Assembly: GCA_973895155.1 (NCBI GenBank)
Contig: OZ316893.1
Coordinates: 4,702,977 to 4,766,976 of the forward strand
Length of the DNA: 64,000 nucleotides
From: Marsupella aquatica
Lineage: Eukaryota; Plantae; Marchantiophyta
Direction: 5' to 3'
How positions within the stretch are numbered: the first letter of the stretch is position 1; each line of letters starts with the position of its first letter. This document shows positions 12,693-26,131 of this stretch, piece by piece. The notes beneath the pieces are model-generated. The model had not been told where the DNA came from. It saw only the letters and a list, made by a program, of their open reading frames with translations, and did not search any database. Made by a program: the position numbers and the translations under genes.

Positions 12693-14882
12693 ATGGCCTC
12701 GGTTTCAGCTACGCTCGTTGGGGCTGTTCTCGGATCTGTTGCTGCGCGGCAGTCGGCTGCAACCCAGGTGACGATCTCGATGGGAGGCCATAGCGAGCGC
12801 ACTTTGAGAGATTCGAGGACTGTCCGGTGCCGTTCCCCCCTTTTTTTTCCATTTCAGCTGGGTTTCGGGTGTTCGTATCAGTATATGAGGTCATTCAAGA
12901 GAATTTATGTGCAATTGCCCTGTTTCTGTGGCTGGAGAGACTCTAGATAATTTGAATCTTACAATTTTTGAGATGTTGCCAGGTCTGGTTTGGAATCCTC
13001 GTCAGGTTCGGAATCCTCGTCAGTCCAGAGGCGAGAAGTCTTGGGAAAAGCTGCAGCACTGATGATGTCTGTTGTATCACTTCCTGCTCTGGCTGCTGAA
13101 AACAATTTTACACTCTACCAGGACGAGGAAGATAAATTCTCGCTCCTCGTTCCTCAAGGTAGTAAATGGGGGCTTTGCTATACTCTGGTTCTAAATTCTG
13201 ACATCCATCATTTATTGTGGGATTTGGAGACTGTATGAGGGTCTGATAATTATTATATAGGGAGCGCCTTATAATGCTCAAAGTAGTGCTCTGGTGGGTT
13301 TTCTGAGGTCCATGCAATGGCCTAAATTCTTGAGACTCCTGAGCTCGGGTTCTGATTAGGTGTCTTTTGGATGCAGAATGGATGAAGGGAGAGGGCAATG
13401 CAGGAACGAGAAAAGTGACTGCCTTTTACCCTGAGAGTGACAGCTCTGCTAATGGTAAATCTCTTTACCTGAGAGTTGATGATTGTGGCGAAGTCATGCC
13501 CAATACTTTCAGCTACCATGCAAAAACCTGAGAAATAGACTACTCTGCTTCGAATTGGGATTAATAAACTATTTTAAAATAAGACAGCCTAAGGTACACT
13601 CAACGAATTTGCTTTCTCATGTTGCACAAGTCTGACACCTTGGCATTTGTTGATTATGAAGTCAACATTATTATTACTGGCCTTGGGGCGGATTATACAG
13701 CCTTGGGTTCCTTTGGTACCGTCGACATCTTTGCTGAAAATCTGGTATGACAACTGCTGGTACTCTCTCAATTTACAAAATGGATGGGAGGATTGTTAGA
13801 TATTTATTAGACATACGGTTCTAGAGCATTCGTATAGGGTGGGTGAGGCTGGATGGAAGAAGGGTGAAGACCAGCCTAAACATGGAACGGAATGGCTTGC
13901 CTGTTTGCACAGGTCAACAGTTTGGACAGAGCCTGGCAAAGGCCAAAGGGGCAAGCGGCCAAGTTGGTTGATGCACGTTCTAGAAATGGTATCTTTCGAC
14001 ACCTCATCCTATGACGGGGAGCTGAGTATTATTAATATCTTATGAACACCCGGGTCTGATTGGGGTTCAATGTGCATGTATTTCCTGAGCTTCTAGCGCA
14101 TACAAGATCTGTGATCTTTCCCTGAAGGTGATCAAAAACACCATCCTTACTGTGTAAAAATCCCTAAAATCATAATTACGGGCTTGTCCAGTGACCACCC
14201 TGCTTCCCTCTTTCTCATAGGATCTTAGAAAAGTTGTCACGGAAGTCAATGATGTGTTCTGATGAAAACTCGCAATTCATTACAGGGATGTATTATGTCG
14301 AATACACGATACAAAAACCAGGGGAGGCAAAACGTCACTTGCTCTCAGTGGTCGGCATTGCATCCAACGGGTGGATCAATCGGCTTTATACGGTGACGGG
14401 CCAGGTACGATCTTGGTAGATTGCAATCTTAGAGACAAATTTATTGCGAATGGATAAACTCAATAGCATAAAATGTGAAAGCCGGATTAGGAGAGGTGTA
14501 GTAAGTAGGCAGTCCTGGCGGGTTTTGGTGGCCGATTTCCAACTACGCTTTCTATGAGAGGTCGAATTCCTTGCCATTTGTTGGTCAAATTGGAATCAAT
14601 AATATCCTACTCAAAAGTCCGCTTTGTTGGATGCATGCAGTACTGGGAGGATGACGGTGACAAGTACAGACCAAGCCTCGAAAAGGTTACTCATTTAGCC
14701 TCGCACTCTCTGAGGACATTCTTCAATTTCGTAACCATGCTAATTCGCCAGAGATAATGGATAACAGATATGGTTTTATGGCTTCCGTTTAGGGAGATTT
14801 TCCTCTACGGTGTGCTGTCTGGCTCTTTATCAATGATTGTACTGTTCTCTTGCAGGCAATATCATCGTTTCGACTGGCTTAA
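12693..14882 (+). CDS. PPD3: PsbP domain-containing protein 3, thylakoid lumen; exons 12693-12826, 12983-13158, 13377-13454, 13662-13744, 13913-13988, 14286-14404, 14641-14685, 14856-14882
   Basis: GT-AG exons join in frame; transit peptide plus twin-arginine signal (QRREVL...PALA); motifs ITGLGADYTALGSFG, LDRAWQRPKG, YYVEYTIQKPGE and NGWINRLYTVTGQ match the remembered Arabidopsis PPD3. Confidence 0.92.
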
Positions 14883-16623
14883 ATTCTGGGTGAGGTTCTC
14901 TGAAGGGAGTCTCTGGCCAGAGTCTGCACCATTTTTTAGCCTTCGCAAGGAACAGCGTTGGCAGTGTTGGCCATTGTGATGCACATCATTCTGTCAAACA
15001 ATAGAGGTCCTTTGAAGGACGCGGACAGAGTCTGATTGGGAACTTTGTGTATCATAGCTAACCTCGAGAAAATCATGTACGTGCCGACCTGTGGGTTCCG
15101 TGGGAATTTGCCCACTTTCAGTGACATCTTTCAGGTTACGAGACATTGCATTGTGAGCTCCCATGGGGCTGTTGGAATCCTAGTTCATTCGACAATGGTG
15201 CAGTTCTCATGCACTCGTCAATAGAACCTTTATATGGTAGCAATAATGCTTTAGGGTCGCATAAATTCGACGAGCCGAAACGTTTTGCCTTACGACATGT
15301 CTATTGTTACTTATTGTACTCTGCATTATCTAGGGGGTTAGTCTTTCACGGGCGGCCCTCTCCTGCAAATTAATGGTGCGACTCGCGCCAGTGGGCGTTG
15401 TTAATCGATTCATGCACAACTCAAGTTAAAAATTTGGTACAGCCTCCCGTCGATGCACCTACTTCTCTGAATAGCACAGATTTGAAAAGTTAAATTTTTT
15501 TAACAATAGATTCAATCTAGTGTTACAAGAACCGCAACGGCTCAGGACGGCCCCTTTCTCACCCTGGTTTCTGTGAAAACCAGAAATTCTCTGCTGAAGG
15601 GTTTTTGTGAAAAATGTTGGAGCAGTTGACCATTCAATCCCCTTTTCATAAGAAAACGCTCTCTCTTCGACACTCACGATGGCATTTGTAATCCGAGAAG
15701 GTCTGGAAGGTATCACTTAGGAAGCACGACAGCCCAAATTCTACGATAAGCCAACTCACTGCCAGCAATTTATTGTGAACAGTCGACAAGGACAGTTTAA
15801 AACGTTGGACAAAGGAGCAATTCGACTCGACGACTAGCATGAAGGTAGGATTCATACCGCCAATTTTCGTACTAATTGAATTCTAAAACTCATACAATAA
15901 TCAGAACATCAATCTACCACTGAGCTAATGGAGAACTTTAATTGAATCTGAAACTTGAAACCAATGTCGAGATAGACACATTCCAGTCGAGCCCCTCTCA
16001 AACTTAGGGGCCAATTTCCAAAAGCGTACTGTAACACAAATCTACACTTGTTGGAACCAGACGGAAGAGAAGCAATAATTACTGTCTGGAAACTACTTCT
16101 GTTGTCTGTGGGTAGTTTACTGTAACGTGCTCTGTTTGGAGAGACCTTTGGAGACTAGAATATTCGGACAAATGAGAGGTCTGCAGAATCTTCCATCCTA
16201 CCACTTAATAACAAGGATAGGGCAAAACCCTCGGTTCTTGTCTCTAAAATTAATGGGCCAATGTGATGCGGCAAGTGGGAACTACCACTTTTCAAGCAGA
16301 ACCACTGGCGTATAGACTTAAAATTTCACTTAGCGACGTCAGCCGTGAAAGACCTCAGCCACAGGCCCAATAGCAGACAAAGCCAATGAGAATTTGAGAA
16401 TCCAAAGGAGAGGCTCTGGTTGCCCTTCAACTTGCAAGCTTACGGAAGGGCGGTAAGTCTGGGGAGAATTCCTGTCTTTTTCCTATCTGCAATGTTCACC
16501 TTGCCGAAAGGTAGAGAGTAGTTTCTTTATTTTCTCACGAAGAGGTACGTGCAGAGATCCCAGACCCCTTTTCCGAGAAGAGACGTTGAGGAGAGAGGAG
16601 GAGGTTCGTTTGGGATTTGCACA

Positions 16624-19600
16624 ATGGCAGCGACATTGAGAACGGCGGTGTGCAACGCGGCGGGAGCGCAGAGGTTTTGCGCGACCTCCTCTGCATTGAG
16701 AGTGGCACAGCCTACAAATGTGGGGTCTGCCTCGTCCTCCCTTCTCGGGAAGGGAAGGCTGTTGAGTTTCAGCAGAGGCAATAGGGGTCAGCCTGCTGTG
16801 ATTCTGAAGCGTCGCAACGTGTATGGATTGAGAGCGCTGTCGACAGGAGAATTTCCCACTCGGGAGGACGGCCAATCTGAGACTCTGGAGTATCGTGTGT
16901 TCTTCGCCGACAAGACTGGCAAGACGGTCTCTCTCTCGCTCCACTATTCTCTTGTTTTCGGTTCTCCCCTTCTGTTTGTGACTGTGATTTTGACTGGGGA
17001 ATTTTAGTGCAGCGTTCATCTCATGGTCGAACTGGGAACCCGTGGACTTGAAAATTCTGCCATTCTTGCTTTCATTGTCTCGCTCCCCCGTTCTCTCGCT
17101 CTTGCTGCAAAGAGAGGGCCTGTCCATTTTGGGGGCATGTCTGGCTTGGGAATGTGCAGCAATGATTGGGTCAGCGTCAAAATCCTTCAAAATCCGTCCA
17201 TGTGTACTCCGTGAAGCTCTTTTCTTGTAACTCTCTTTAGTGACAAGATGCACACCTTGCCCATTGTTGATCTGCGTGTGCACGGCCCTTTGCAAGTGCT
17301 TGCTCTTGGAAAACTGCTAATTCAATGGAAATGAGTCAATGTCTTCACTGTAACCAGCTAGCCTACAATTAATTTTGGCCCCTTTTTGTGGGGTCGGCAC
17401 TGCTGAAACCCCTACTTGACTTTAAGAGAAACATGTGGAAGTAGTGTGGACTCCAGAAACTCTTGACCCGTATTAAATGGTTGAGGGGTTCTGATCTCAC
17501 GAGACATTTGTCATTCTCCTGTTTTGGATATCCTTCAGCTGAGTCTCGAGATTAGCAAGCTCGTGGTTTACCCAAGCGACTGCTCTGGGAAGATTTGTTG
17601 GTGATATTGTTTACTGTAAATTCTGTTTGCAGATTTCGCCTTGGCATGACATTCCCCTGAAGGCCGGAGATGGTGTGTACAATTTTATCGTTGAAATTCC
17701 CAAGGAATCAAGTGCAAAGTTTGAGGTTGCTACAGATGAGCCCAACACTCCAATCAAACAAGACACGAAGAAGGGAAAGCTTCGATTTTATCCGTACGTT
17801 ATTCTTCTTCTGCTCTAATGTCAGAGCTGCGAAATGCCTACATTTCTCCTCCGAGTTTTTTCCGTCTTTTCCGTATTTCTGTTACTAGTTAAATTTCCAA
17901 CGGTTGTTTACTGTGTTTATGTTGAGATCAGTGCTTTGAAAGGATTTTGCATTTCATTAATGCCATTCGAGTTGAACCACTTAGCTCTATCGTCTTTATC
18001 GATTGAGTCATGATGCCTTATGCTCACTTCGTGGCACGACTCTTACATATACCGTGAATGTTGAGCAATTCGTCGGTGGCGCATAAAGTTTTTATCTGCG
18101 ATATTACTTTCGGCGTCTCAACCTAAGCAGCAGAGGATGGTTTGAGAAATTTATTTGTTTCTGGTGGTTGAGGACCCTGGGATTGGAGGTCGAGTATTTA
18201 TTTGCCTCTTCTGGAGATTCTTAGATATTGCGCTCGAAAAGTGTTAGACTGAGTGTTTGCTGGGGTTCTTTCATTTGATTTTTGAAGTGTACTTGTATCA
18301 GATATAACATCAATTGGAACTATGGACTCCTTCCTCAAACATGGGAGGACCCATCGCATGCCAACCCAGAGGTGGATGGTGCTTTTGGAGACAACGATCC
18401 AGGTCAGTTTTAATTCTTTGGTGTATTCAGTTGTCATTCGAGGTTAGGTTTGCCTTCTCTCCTTGTGATTTCTCAAGGTAGCATACACTGTTGAATGCTG
18501 AGCCCATTCAAATCTGTGGTAACGAAATGGTTTCGTTGTTCTCTCAACCATGCTGAAATCATTGCAAGATGTTTATAGAGATCTATAATTAGTGAACTTC
18601 TGAAGGTAATTGTGAAAACCCGTTTCTCTTAAACCCTTTGTCGGGGCAGTTGATGTTGTGGAAATTGGAGAAAGGAGAGCAAAGATTGGAGAAGTTTTGA
18701 AGGTGAAGCCCCTGGCTGTCCTGGCCATGATTGATGAGGGGGAGCTAGACTGGAAGGTGGTTGCGATCGCTTTGGATGACCCCAAGGCAGCTCTTGTCAA
18801 TGATATGGATGACGTAGAGCAGCACTTCCCGGTAAGTATTGTGGCCCCTTCCAGACCAATTTATTGCCATTTCATGGCTGCGGTTGTCATGTGTAATATC
18901 CTATATTTGCGAACAACCTCATGGTCTGGTGGGGTGGGGGTTTAAGGGATGCAACTTTTTTTGTATTCTTTGATCGTCGCCGAACTTAGAAATTTTGCAA
19001 CCGTCATAAAGATGAGCATTCAGAAGAACTTGCCAATTCATAGCGCTCTGGATTAAAGTGTGGTATTGATTTTGCCAGTGGGAAAAGAATGGAGGTTGAA
19101 GTGGATTTCTTTGAGTCTTCTGAACTTTCTGAGAACCCTTCGCCTAATTTTGTGAAACAGGGAACTTTAACAGCCATCCGGGATTGGTTCAGAGACTACA
19201 AAATCCCCGATGGAAAACCGGCCAATAAATTTGGTCTTGGCAACAAGGCGGCTGATAAGGTGATTTCCTCTTAAATGGTTCTGATCACTTTCGTCTCCAC
19301 ACAACAATGCTAGTGTTCATGTCTGTAGTTTCATGTAGTCGTGGGATCGTTATCAAGAAATCACCTTCATTCGTGCTTGTGGATGTTCGGCAGCTCAACT
19401 CAGCACCTTTCGTGTCTAGGATCAGAGGACCAGAGAATCCTTTTTCTGTTATTGCTTCGGTGATTACTCGTACAGATAATGGGTTCTTCACACTTTGTTG
19501 TCCTTCGGATGCTTGCCTTACGTTTTCTCCCCGGACTGTGTGGAACAGAAATACGCGCTGAAGGTCATTGAAGAAACGAACGGTGCGTGGGCAAACCTTG

Positions 19601-19641
19601 TGAAAAGGTCGGTTCCCGCTGGCGAGCTATCGTTGGTGTGA
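16624..19641 (+). CDS. PPA6: Plastid soluble inorganic pyrophosphatase (family I); exons 16624-16926, 17633-17793, 18302-18402, 18650-18831, 19161-19259, 19549-19641
   Basis: Transit peptide; [58 protein letters not shown]; all junctions GT-AG and in frame. Confidence 0.95.
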
Positions 19642-20439
19642 TTGGGGAAACTCAAGTTTTCCAATCAGGCATTGTCACACTCTTGTTTTTGGGGGTTGTA
19701 GGCAGAGTGTTGTACAGGCAATCCTTCGCATCAATTACTTCGTCTCTAGTACGTTTGGTACAAATTTTGACAGAGATAGGATTATGGAGTCTATTTTTGT
19801 GATCAGCCCTAAGGATTTTGAGGTAGTTAGCGAAGGATCTTAGGTTGGACCATTTTATTCATGGAACGTTCGGCTCTTTCTCATTTTTGTAACTTGGGAG
19901 TGTTTCCACGGTTTCACCTCTTATTCAAATAGACGCACTTTGTGTTTGTCAAGTCTATCTCAGCGCTTGATGTTTTATCTTGGTGGATGAATTCATGAAT
20001 GAGCGGTGGACTGTGTTCATAGTTTTCCTCTGGGAAGAGCCTCTCTGTTGCCTACATTCTGTATTGTTTAACTTGGAAGTGGTGAGCCACGGGCTCAGTA
20101 GACTCAAACTCTCCAGCACGGAACAGCAAGAACAACTGCTAGATAGATCAGCTCCTGTGCAAGCTCAACCCGTTTTTTCCAGATGGACAGACAAGTTGAG
20201 CATTCATAAGAGTGTATCTGAATAGCCAGAGGCTCGAAATACAAGCTCTTGCTGGACAAGAGGATTACCGAAGGACATACAAGTTGAGTATACGCAGGAG
20301 TTTACCTGGATCCATCACCAGGATATGCGCCCTTTCCCCTTCATGGAGGATATCGTGCAGAAAGTAGTCAGTAAAATATTCTCGAGAGGTATCATGGTCG
20401 TGTTGAGAGAATGGCTTTGTTGTCGTTCCGCCCGACCGC

Positions 20440-21140
20440 CTAGGTCGTATCGAAGTCACTTTTAAGTTCTGAATCAACATTTCTCGAATTCGAATGGGAA
20501 CAGATCCCCAATGTCGATCATACTGACGTCAACACAGATTTCGAATCAAAACATCTCCCAATATCAATCATAGCAAAGTCACTAGATTGCAAATAATTAG
20601 ATCCCCAATCTCGCTCAGTGCCAAGTCACTTCACATCGTGAAGCAACACAGCCCGCAATGAGAACGAGGACGGAACCCTAATGTCGACCACTTCGAATCA
20701 CGTTAGATTGAATCAACACATCCGGAACAAATGAGGACCAAACCCTAACGTCGATCAGTGCCCAGTCACGCACGTTACGTTGAGTCAAAATATCCCCCAA
20801 TTTGGGTGAGAAAACACGTCCGCGTTTCGATCGAGAGAACACACACATCCGGATTGAAAGAGTGCGCACACCAAAAAGTTATGAGAAACACATTCCCAGT
20901 TTCGATTGAGAGAAGACACTCATCCGGATTGAATGAGAGCGCAGACTTACACATTCCCCGTTTCGATTGAGAGAACACTCATCCAGATTGACAAGAGAGC
21001 TCACACCCAAATGCTCTGAGGACACATATCCGCATTGAGAGAGACGAAGAGCACAAGGATTGAGAAAACACGCAGATATACAGATTAAAAGAGAATGCGC
21101 ATCCAAATGCTCTTAAAGAAAGTAATGAACGTATCCGGAG
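20440..21140. repeat. Two adjacent degenerate tandem-repeat arrays 3' of the U2 gene
   Basis: 20811-21140: ~65-75-bp units (CACATTCCC.GTTTCGATTGAGAGAA..CACTCATCCGGATTGA); 20440-20800: ~45-50-bp units (CCC.AATGTCGATCA....AAGTCAC...GAATCAACA). Confidence 0.65.
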
Positions 21141-21236
21141 AGAGATGAGGAATATCGTGTGTATGGATGATTGTAGGTGACGGATGGATTGTAGGACATA
21201 CATTTGGGTTTAGATTGGTTTCCCCTGTGAGGGGAA

Positions 21237-21430
21237 GGGTTGTGCCTGCCTGGGAGGTAGTGCAATACCTAGGCGACGCTGGCGAACCCGAAGCAGCAAG
21301 CTACTCCGTTGGGCTCGCACCCGAGAGAAATTAGATTAATATCGTGAGGGTCGATGACCCTCGTATCAGATATTAAACTGATAAGAACAGATACTACACT
21401 TGATCTTAGCCAAAAGGCCGAGAAAGGTAT
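21237..21430 (-). ncRNA. U2: U2 spliceosomal snRNA
   Basis: Minus strand starts ATACCTTTCTCGGCCTTTTGGCTAAGATCAAGTGTAGTATCTGTTCTTATCAGTTTAATATCTGATA (plant U2 5' end with branch-pairing GTAGTA); stems IIb, III and IV pair well; loop IV ATTGCACT. The 3' end is approximate. Confidence 0.97.
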
Positions 21431-21454
21431 GCTTTACCTAAGGCTCGCGAAGAG

Positions 21455-21484
21455 TTTTGTACCCCCGCACAGCCAGTGTGGGCC
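21455..21484 (-). promoter_or_regulatory. Putative snRNA promoter: TATA-like TACAAAA at about -31 and USE-like GGCCCACACTGG at about -54
   Basis: Position of the TATA-like box and resemblance to the plant USE (RTCCCACATCG); spacing is shorter than the angiosperm Pol II arrangement. Confidence 0.35.
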
Positions 21485-23076
21485 GTCATTTACCTGTGCT
21501 TATGGTTTTATATATAGAGCTCCCCGATACTGTGATAAGTAACGACGAGCGACTGGTCTCGTGAGGACTATCGTAGTGAAGGAACGCATTTCACCATGTC
21601 CGGCAGCTGTTATTTTGGTTCTTTTTGCATCTCAACGACTTAGAGAGATATATTTGCTGAGAGCATTTGGGGCACATTTTCTCCATTAGTAATTTGATGG
21701 GTGTTATGGATCGAAATCATTTCTGCCATCATAGAGTCATTAGCTCTAGAGATCCTCCAACCTAGAGGATAGGACCGGTCTTTGCTATACATTGGGTGCA
21801 CCATATTTTTAATTTAAATATAAAAACAAAAAAAAAAGGTAATTTAATGGACAGGGTTGGTCCAACACTAGCTCACTGTAATTCTTATTTAAATACATTA
21901 AACAAAAACCAACAAACCGTAGTTGATGGGACCAAAAGTATTGGACGCGTGGGTCCAATACTAGACAGTTTTTTTTCTGTTTTTTTGTTTTTGTTTTTTT
22001 GGGGGGGTGGAAGAGGGGAGTGCTTTGTTCAGGAAAATTCAGGCTCAGCTGATGGGGCACGCCCTGCAGCAACTGGCTGACAACATTGCTTCTCAATTTG
22101 GCTGACAACCTAAGTTGAATTTCTGTTAGCACATTGGGCATCCACCTATGTGCCCAGGAGCCCCAATGATCTCTTGAATTATGGATGTTGGCAAGGCAAC
22201 AACACCCATTTGGTGAAAGAAACTGTTATAAGACTAAGATATTTGTGATACTTTGTCCTCTCCAACTTTGTCACATTGGCTATTCACTTAAATCTGGACA
22301 TTCAAATGGAGGTATTGAGTTGTTCACGAAGAACAGAGATCACTGAGATTCTTAGCTCTTTTTTGGCTTTCTTTTTATAGGTTTCTTCTTGAGGTTGTAA
22401 TTGTTTTTATTGCCTTGAAAGTCTAAAGTAGACCCATTTAAGAGAAGATAGGAGTTCTATTTTGGAGCATGCACCCCTGCAGGGTAGCCCACAAGGGGGG
22501 ACAATATCTAGGGATCCCACAAGGACCCATAGCAGGAAAGAGAGAGGGTTAGACCAGGAACACAAAGTGACCAGCCAGTGGCTGAGGAGAAACCAATACT
22601 CCCACCAATTTGTCTTTTTCTTACTCTCTGGACGACGTTTGCCCTTCCACCTTGCTGTGTTTTGCGCTTTTTATTGGTCCTATTTTATTCTAGGGATGCT
22701 CTTTTGAACGCACAGTACCACAGCAGTGAATCTTTTATCTTGCCTGTGGCACCTCGTGTGGTGGCCTTTGCTCTTGCCTCTCGCCCAAGAGCCAACATAA
22801 CAGAAAGGCGAAAGAAAGGGGAGATTGATTCCACAATGTGATGGAAAGTGTTGTGAATGTCTGTTCATACGTATCCACAAATTGCGCGTGAGCAACTTCA
22901 AATACCTCCTTCTCCCTAAGCAATAAGCACCAGAGCGTCGAGAGAGGTAGGAGGCACAAGAGCAACAGCAGCAGCCCAGCTGAGAAGAGAATCAATCCAC
23001 CGTGCACATCGTGGGGAATTCTTGCCCAACAAGCTCGCTCTGGTGCTCTACTTTGCCAAAGGTTGTGAGAATCATC

Positions 23077-26000
23077 ATGGAGCCAGCAGCAGCGCACAGC
23101 CTGACGTATGGAACCTTTCTTGAATGCTGCGGCAGCACTGCCTTTGCTGCTCACATGGCCCAGAGCTCGCCCTTCTCTTCGATCGACCATGCCATCGACA
23201 CAGCACGTCGCATTTGGTGGAACGAGGTGCGTTCGAGCAGATTGCATTGAAATTTTGGTGCTCCTCAGGGGCCGTGCAAGAGGGAGCTGCCTGAGCAGCA
23301 CTTGAACCCACTTTGGTCGTGGGAGAATTGAGCAATCTCTTACTGGATTTTCGGCGGGGACGAAAATTAATGGAACCACTCAATATGTTGGCATTCTTCA
23401 AAGAGGTGGCAAAATGTGAACGTATTGCTACAAGAAATGGTCCTCTGTGATCTCCGAGGCAGTGATGCTGCCAAATTTTCAATAAAGTTATCTAAGAGTT
23501 CTTACTTGAGTCGCGTGGAGGGTGGGCATGGGGGGCGGAATGGGTAGCACTGACTGTCGAAATTAAGTGCTCACCGAGGTCTTTCTTTTGAGCAGGTCAG
23601 TATCCTTGGATGGTTGGAGGCGTTCGCTGCACACCCACGAATTGGAGACGTACAAGCTCTGGAGAAGAAGTTTTCTACTAGCAAGCAGTACGCTCTGTTT
23701 GCTCTCTTTCAATTGGGTTTTTGAGGATTTGACGCCGACAGTAGATTGCGTACCACACGGCTCTACGGTTGTAGAGAAATTGATAGCGGTGATCATTAAA
23801 TAAATCAGGACTCTGTTGCACGATGGAAACGGAAATCTAGAGCGATGACCAGCAAAGCATTCTGAGCATTAGGTCAAGGAAAGTCTAAGGAATGCTTCCA
23901 TCATTCTTCGTTTCGGAAGTATTCATCTGTCATTCAGCTGCAGTGGGTCTGATTTTCACTTCATTCTTGGTTATCTAGATATGGATAAACTTGAAACCTC
24001 CGCATAATTATAAGAATAGTGACGCAGATTGGCGGCCGGGGAGCAATCAGCAGCTTTAAATACTGCTGCAAACAACGAGTTGCAGGTGAGAGAACAAAAC
24101 TTAAGAGAATGATTTGTGACTGGGAGGTTCCTCTCCTCCAAGTCCTGGCTTTCAGTAAAGCCAAGTTCTAAAGGTTCTTGAGCCTTCAGAGGTGTTACTG
24201 TGTCAAAGGGTTTCTTAATGTCCGAAGGAACTTTTTGTTCAAGTGTATAATAGAGGATGATGTAAGTTTACTCACACCAGATCGTTTGTTGAATTGGAAT
24301 TCGTGAAGGAACTGGCAGGGTGGAATCATAAGTATGAGGACAAGTTTGGACACGTCTTCCTCATTTGCGCATCTGGAAAAAGCTGCTCTGAAGTATTGAC
24401 GACATTGAAAGTAAGTTTCTGCTAGCTATCGCTTTTGTTCTGATTCTGAGAACGAAATGCATATCAATGAACTCAGATGACTCGCCTGTTTGTGAATGAG
24501 GCTTTTTTTTGGCTTATCAATTCCATTATGAAATAGACCCCAGAGGAGAGTGTGGTTTCATGTACATGCCTTCCGGCCCGTCATCTATGCTGGAAACATT
24601 TGTGCGAGTTCTTGTCTAATCTCTAATACTCTCTTTCCTCACCCATGCATGTCTCCTGGTGTCTTAGTATTTTTTTAATCAAAGACCCTAACTTCCAAGG
24701 GCAGAAACGCCTGGGAATCTTCATACTCAGCATTACTTCTCAAGCAAACTACTGCCATTCCAGCGTATCCCCGACTGTGCAGCATTTTGCACAGCCCTCC
24801 ATCAGTCCGCTCGAATTCAAAGTTTTAAGAACATTTGTTACTAATTCTTTCAAATGTACGGGAGCCTGGCAATATCCGCTTTGCATGCGGTCCAAACAAT
24901 AGCTCAATAGTTATTCAACCTATATCTGAGTAGAGGCAAGGCATATTCGATTCACAAGTGACACTCATATATGGTCCTGTGACCTGACTTCTTTATTCAT
25001 TTCTTTAATTTTCATTCCTCTATCGTTATCAATGTAAATGAATTTCCCTAAACCCTTTTGAAAATAATAGTTCTCATCAACTGCTTTTTGTTCTAAGGAG
25101 GGAGTCTACAACATTCGTCAACCTGACTGACCTACGGTAGATCACAGTCACAGTGACATTTCTCATCGTTGATATACAGGCCCGATTCTCAAATCGACCG
25201 GGAGATGAAATTCGAGTAGCTGCTGGAGAACAACAAAAGATAACTGAGCTCCGGTTCAGAAACCTGAAAGCTTGGGAAGGCCATTCCTGCAGTACGCCAT
25301 CACCAGGTTCCTTAGTCTGGCTCAACGCTTAGTTTTGTGGTGTCTCAAAAGCAAGCGTCAAGTCAGAAGCTTGCTGTTTCTCCACAATCTTGCTTAAAGC
25401 TTGTCCTTGCTTCTAAGATATTTGTCACATGTCAGAATTGGAGCAATGAACGTCCATGAAAAGTGAATGATTGGACTCAAGGAGTTCTTGCTGAAATGAA
25501 TCGAAAGTAGACACCAACAATAGCACGTCGTCCCTGTTTACGGAGGCATCAAACGAGATTTCAGAAACTTTTAAAGAGAATGAAATACCTGAACTGGAGA
25601 AAAAGAAAAAGAAAAAATGCTTTGTATGTCTTGTGTTTCGTTGTTAATTTGACCTCATGTTTCGTGTGTTTAATCTCTCCAGGGAAAGCGGTCAAAGAGC
25701 TGCAGAGCGCACATGGTGCAGCAGCTGTCAGACCTCCTATTACGACCCATGTCTTAGATGTCTCACTCGGGGCACCTGGAGTTGGAATTGATGTACTGCT
25801 GGAAAAGTGCAATGATGTAACCACGGGCCCAGATGTAAATTCCTTTACTGGAGATGGTTTTTGGTCCGCAGTAGGCTCCTCTGTTACAAATTCTGATGGG
25901 CGCTCAGGGCCACTGATGGGTAACTCAAACGTCTTACAGGCTGGAAGGTATCGCTTGACTTTCAAAACAGGGGAGTATTTCCTCAGGACTGCTAAGACAA

Positions 26001-26131
26001 ACGATGGAATTACTGGATTTTATCCATATATCTGCTTAGTCTTTGAAGTGAAACCAAGTCAAGTAGCTGAACATTTTCATGTGCCTCTCTTGATCTCTCC
26101 ATACTCGTACACAACCTATAGGGGAAGCTGA
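23077..26131 (+). CDS. TTL: Bifunctional uric-acid degradation protein (OHCU decarboxylase + HIU hydrolase, allantoin synthase); exons 23077-23226, 23596-23687, 24028-24085, 24309-24410, 25180-about 25306, 25683-26131
   Basis: FLECCGS, WLEAFAAHPRIG, YEDKFGHVFLICASGK, EQQKITELR, RPPITTHVLD, HFHVPLLISPYSYTTYRGS (C-terminal YRGS signature). The exon 5 donor has two phase-compatible options. Confidence 0.93.

Noticed and set aside
16483-17295. 270-aa minus-strand ORF
   Set aside because: Shadow ORF antisense to pyrophosphatase exon 1 and intron 1; no recognisable domain.
20440-21140. CRISPR-like array (also considered for 37947-38171)
   Set aside because: Eukaryotic context, degenerate whole-unit repeats without unique spacers, no cas genes.
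21354-21542. 62-aa ORF MTLVSDIKLIRTDTTLDLSQKAEKG
   Set aside because: It is the antisense translation of U2 snRNA, not a protein.
22735-23482. 214-aa and 135-aa minus-strand ORFs
   Set aside because: Antisense to TTL exon 1 and its UTR; no domain.
25434-25460. PTS2-like RIGAMNVHE in TTL intron 5
   Set aside because: Ends in HE rather than HL, is followed by a stop, and has no phase-compatible splice sites; probably chance.
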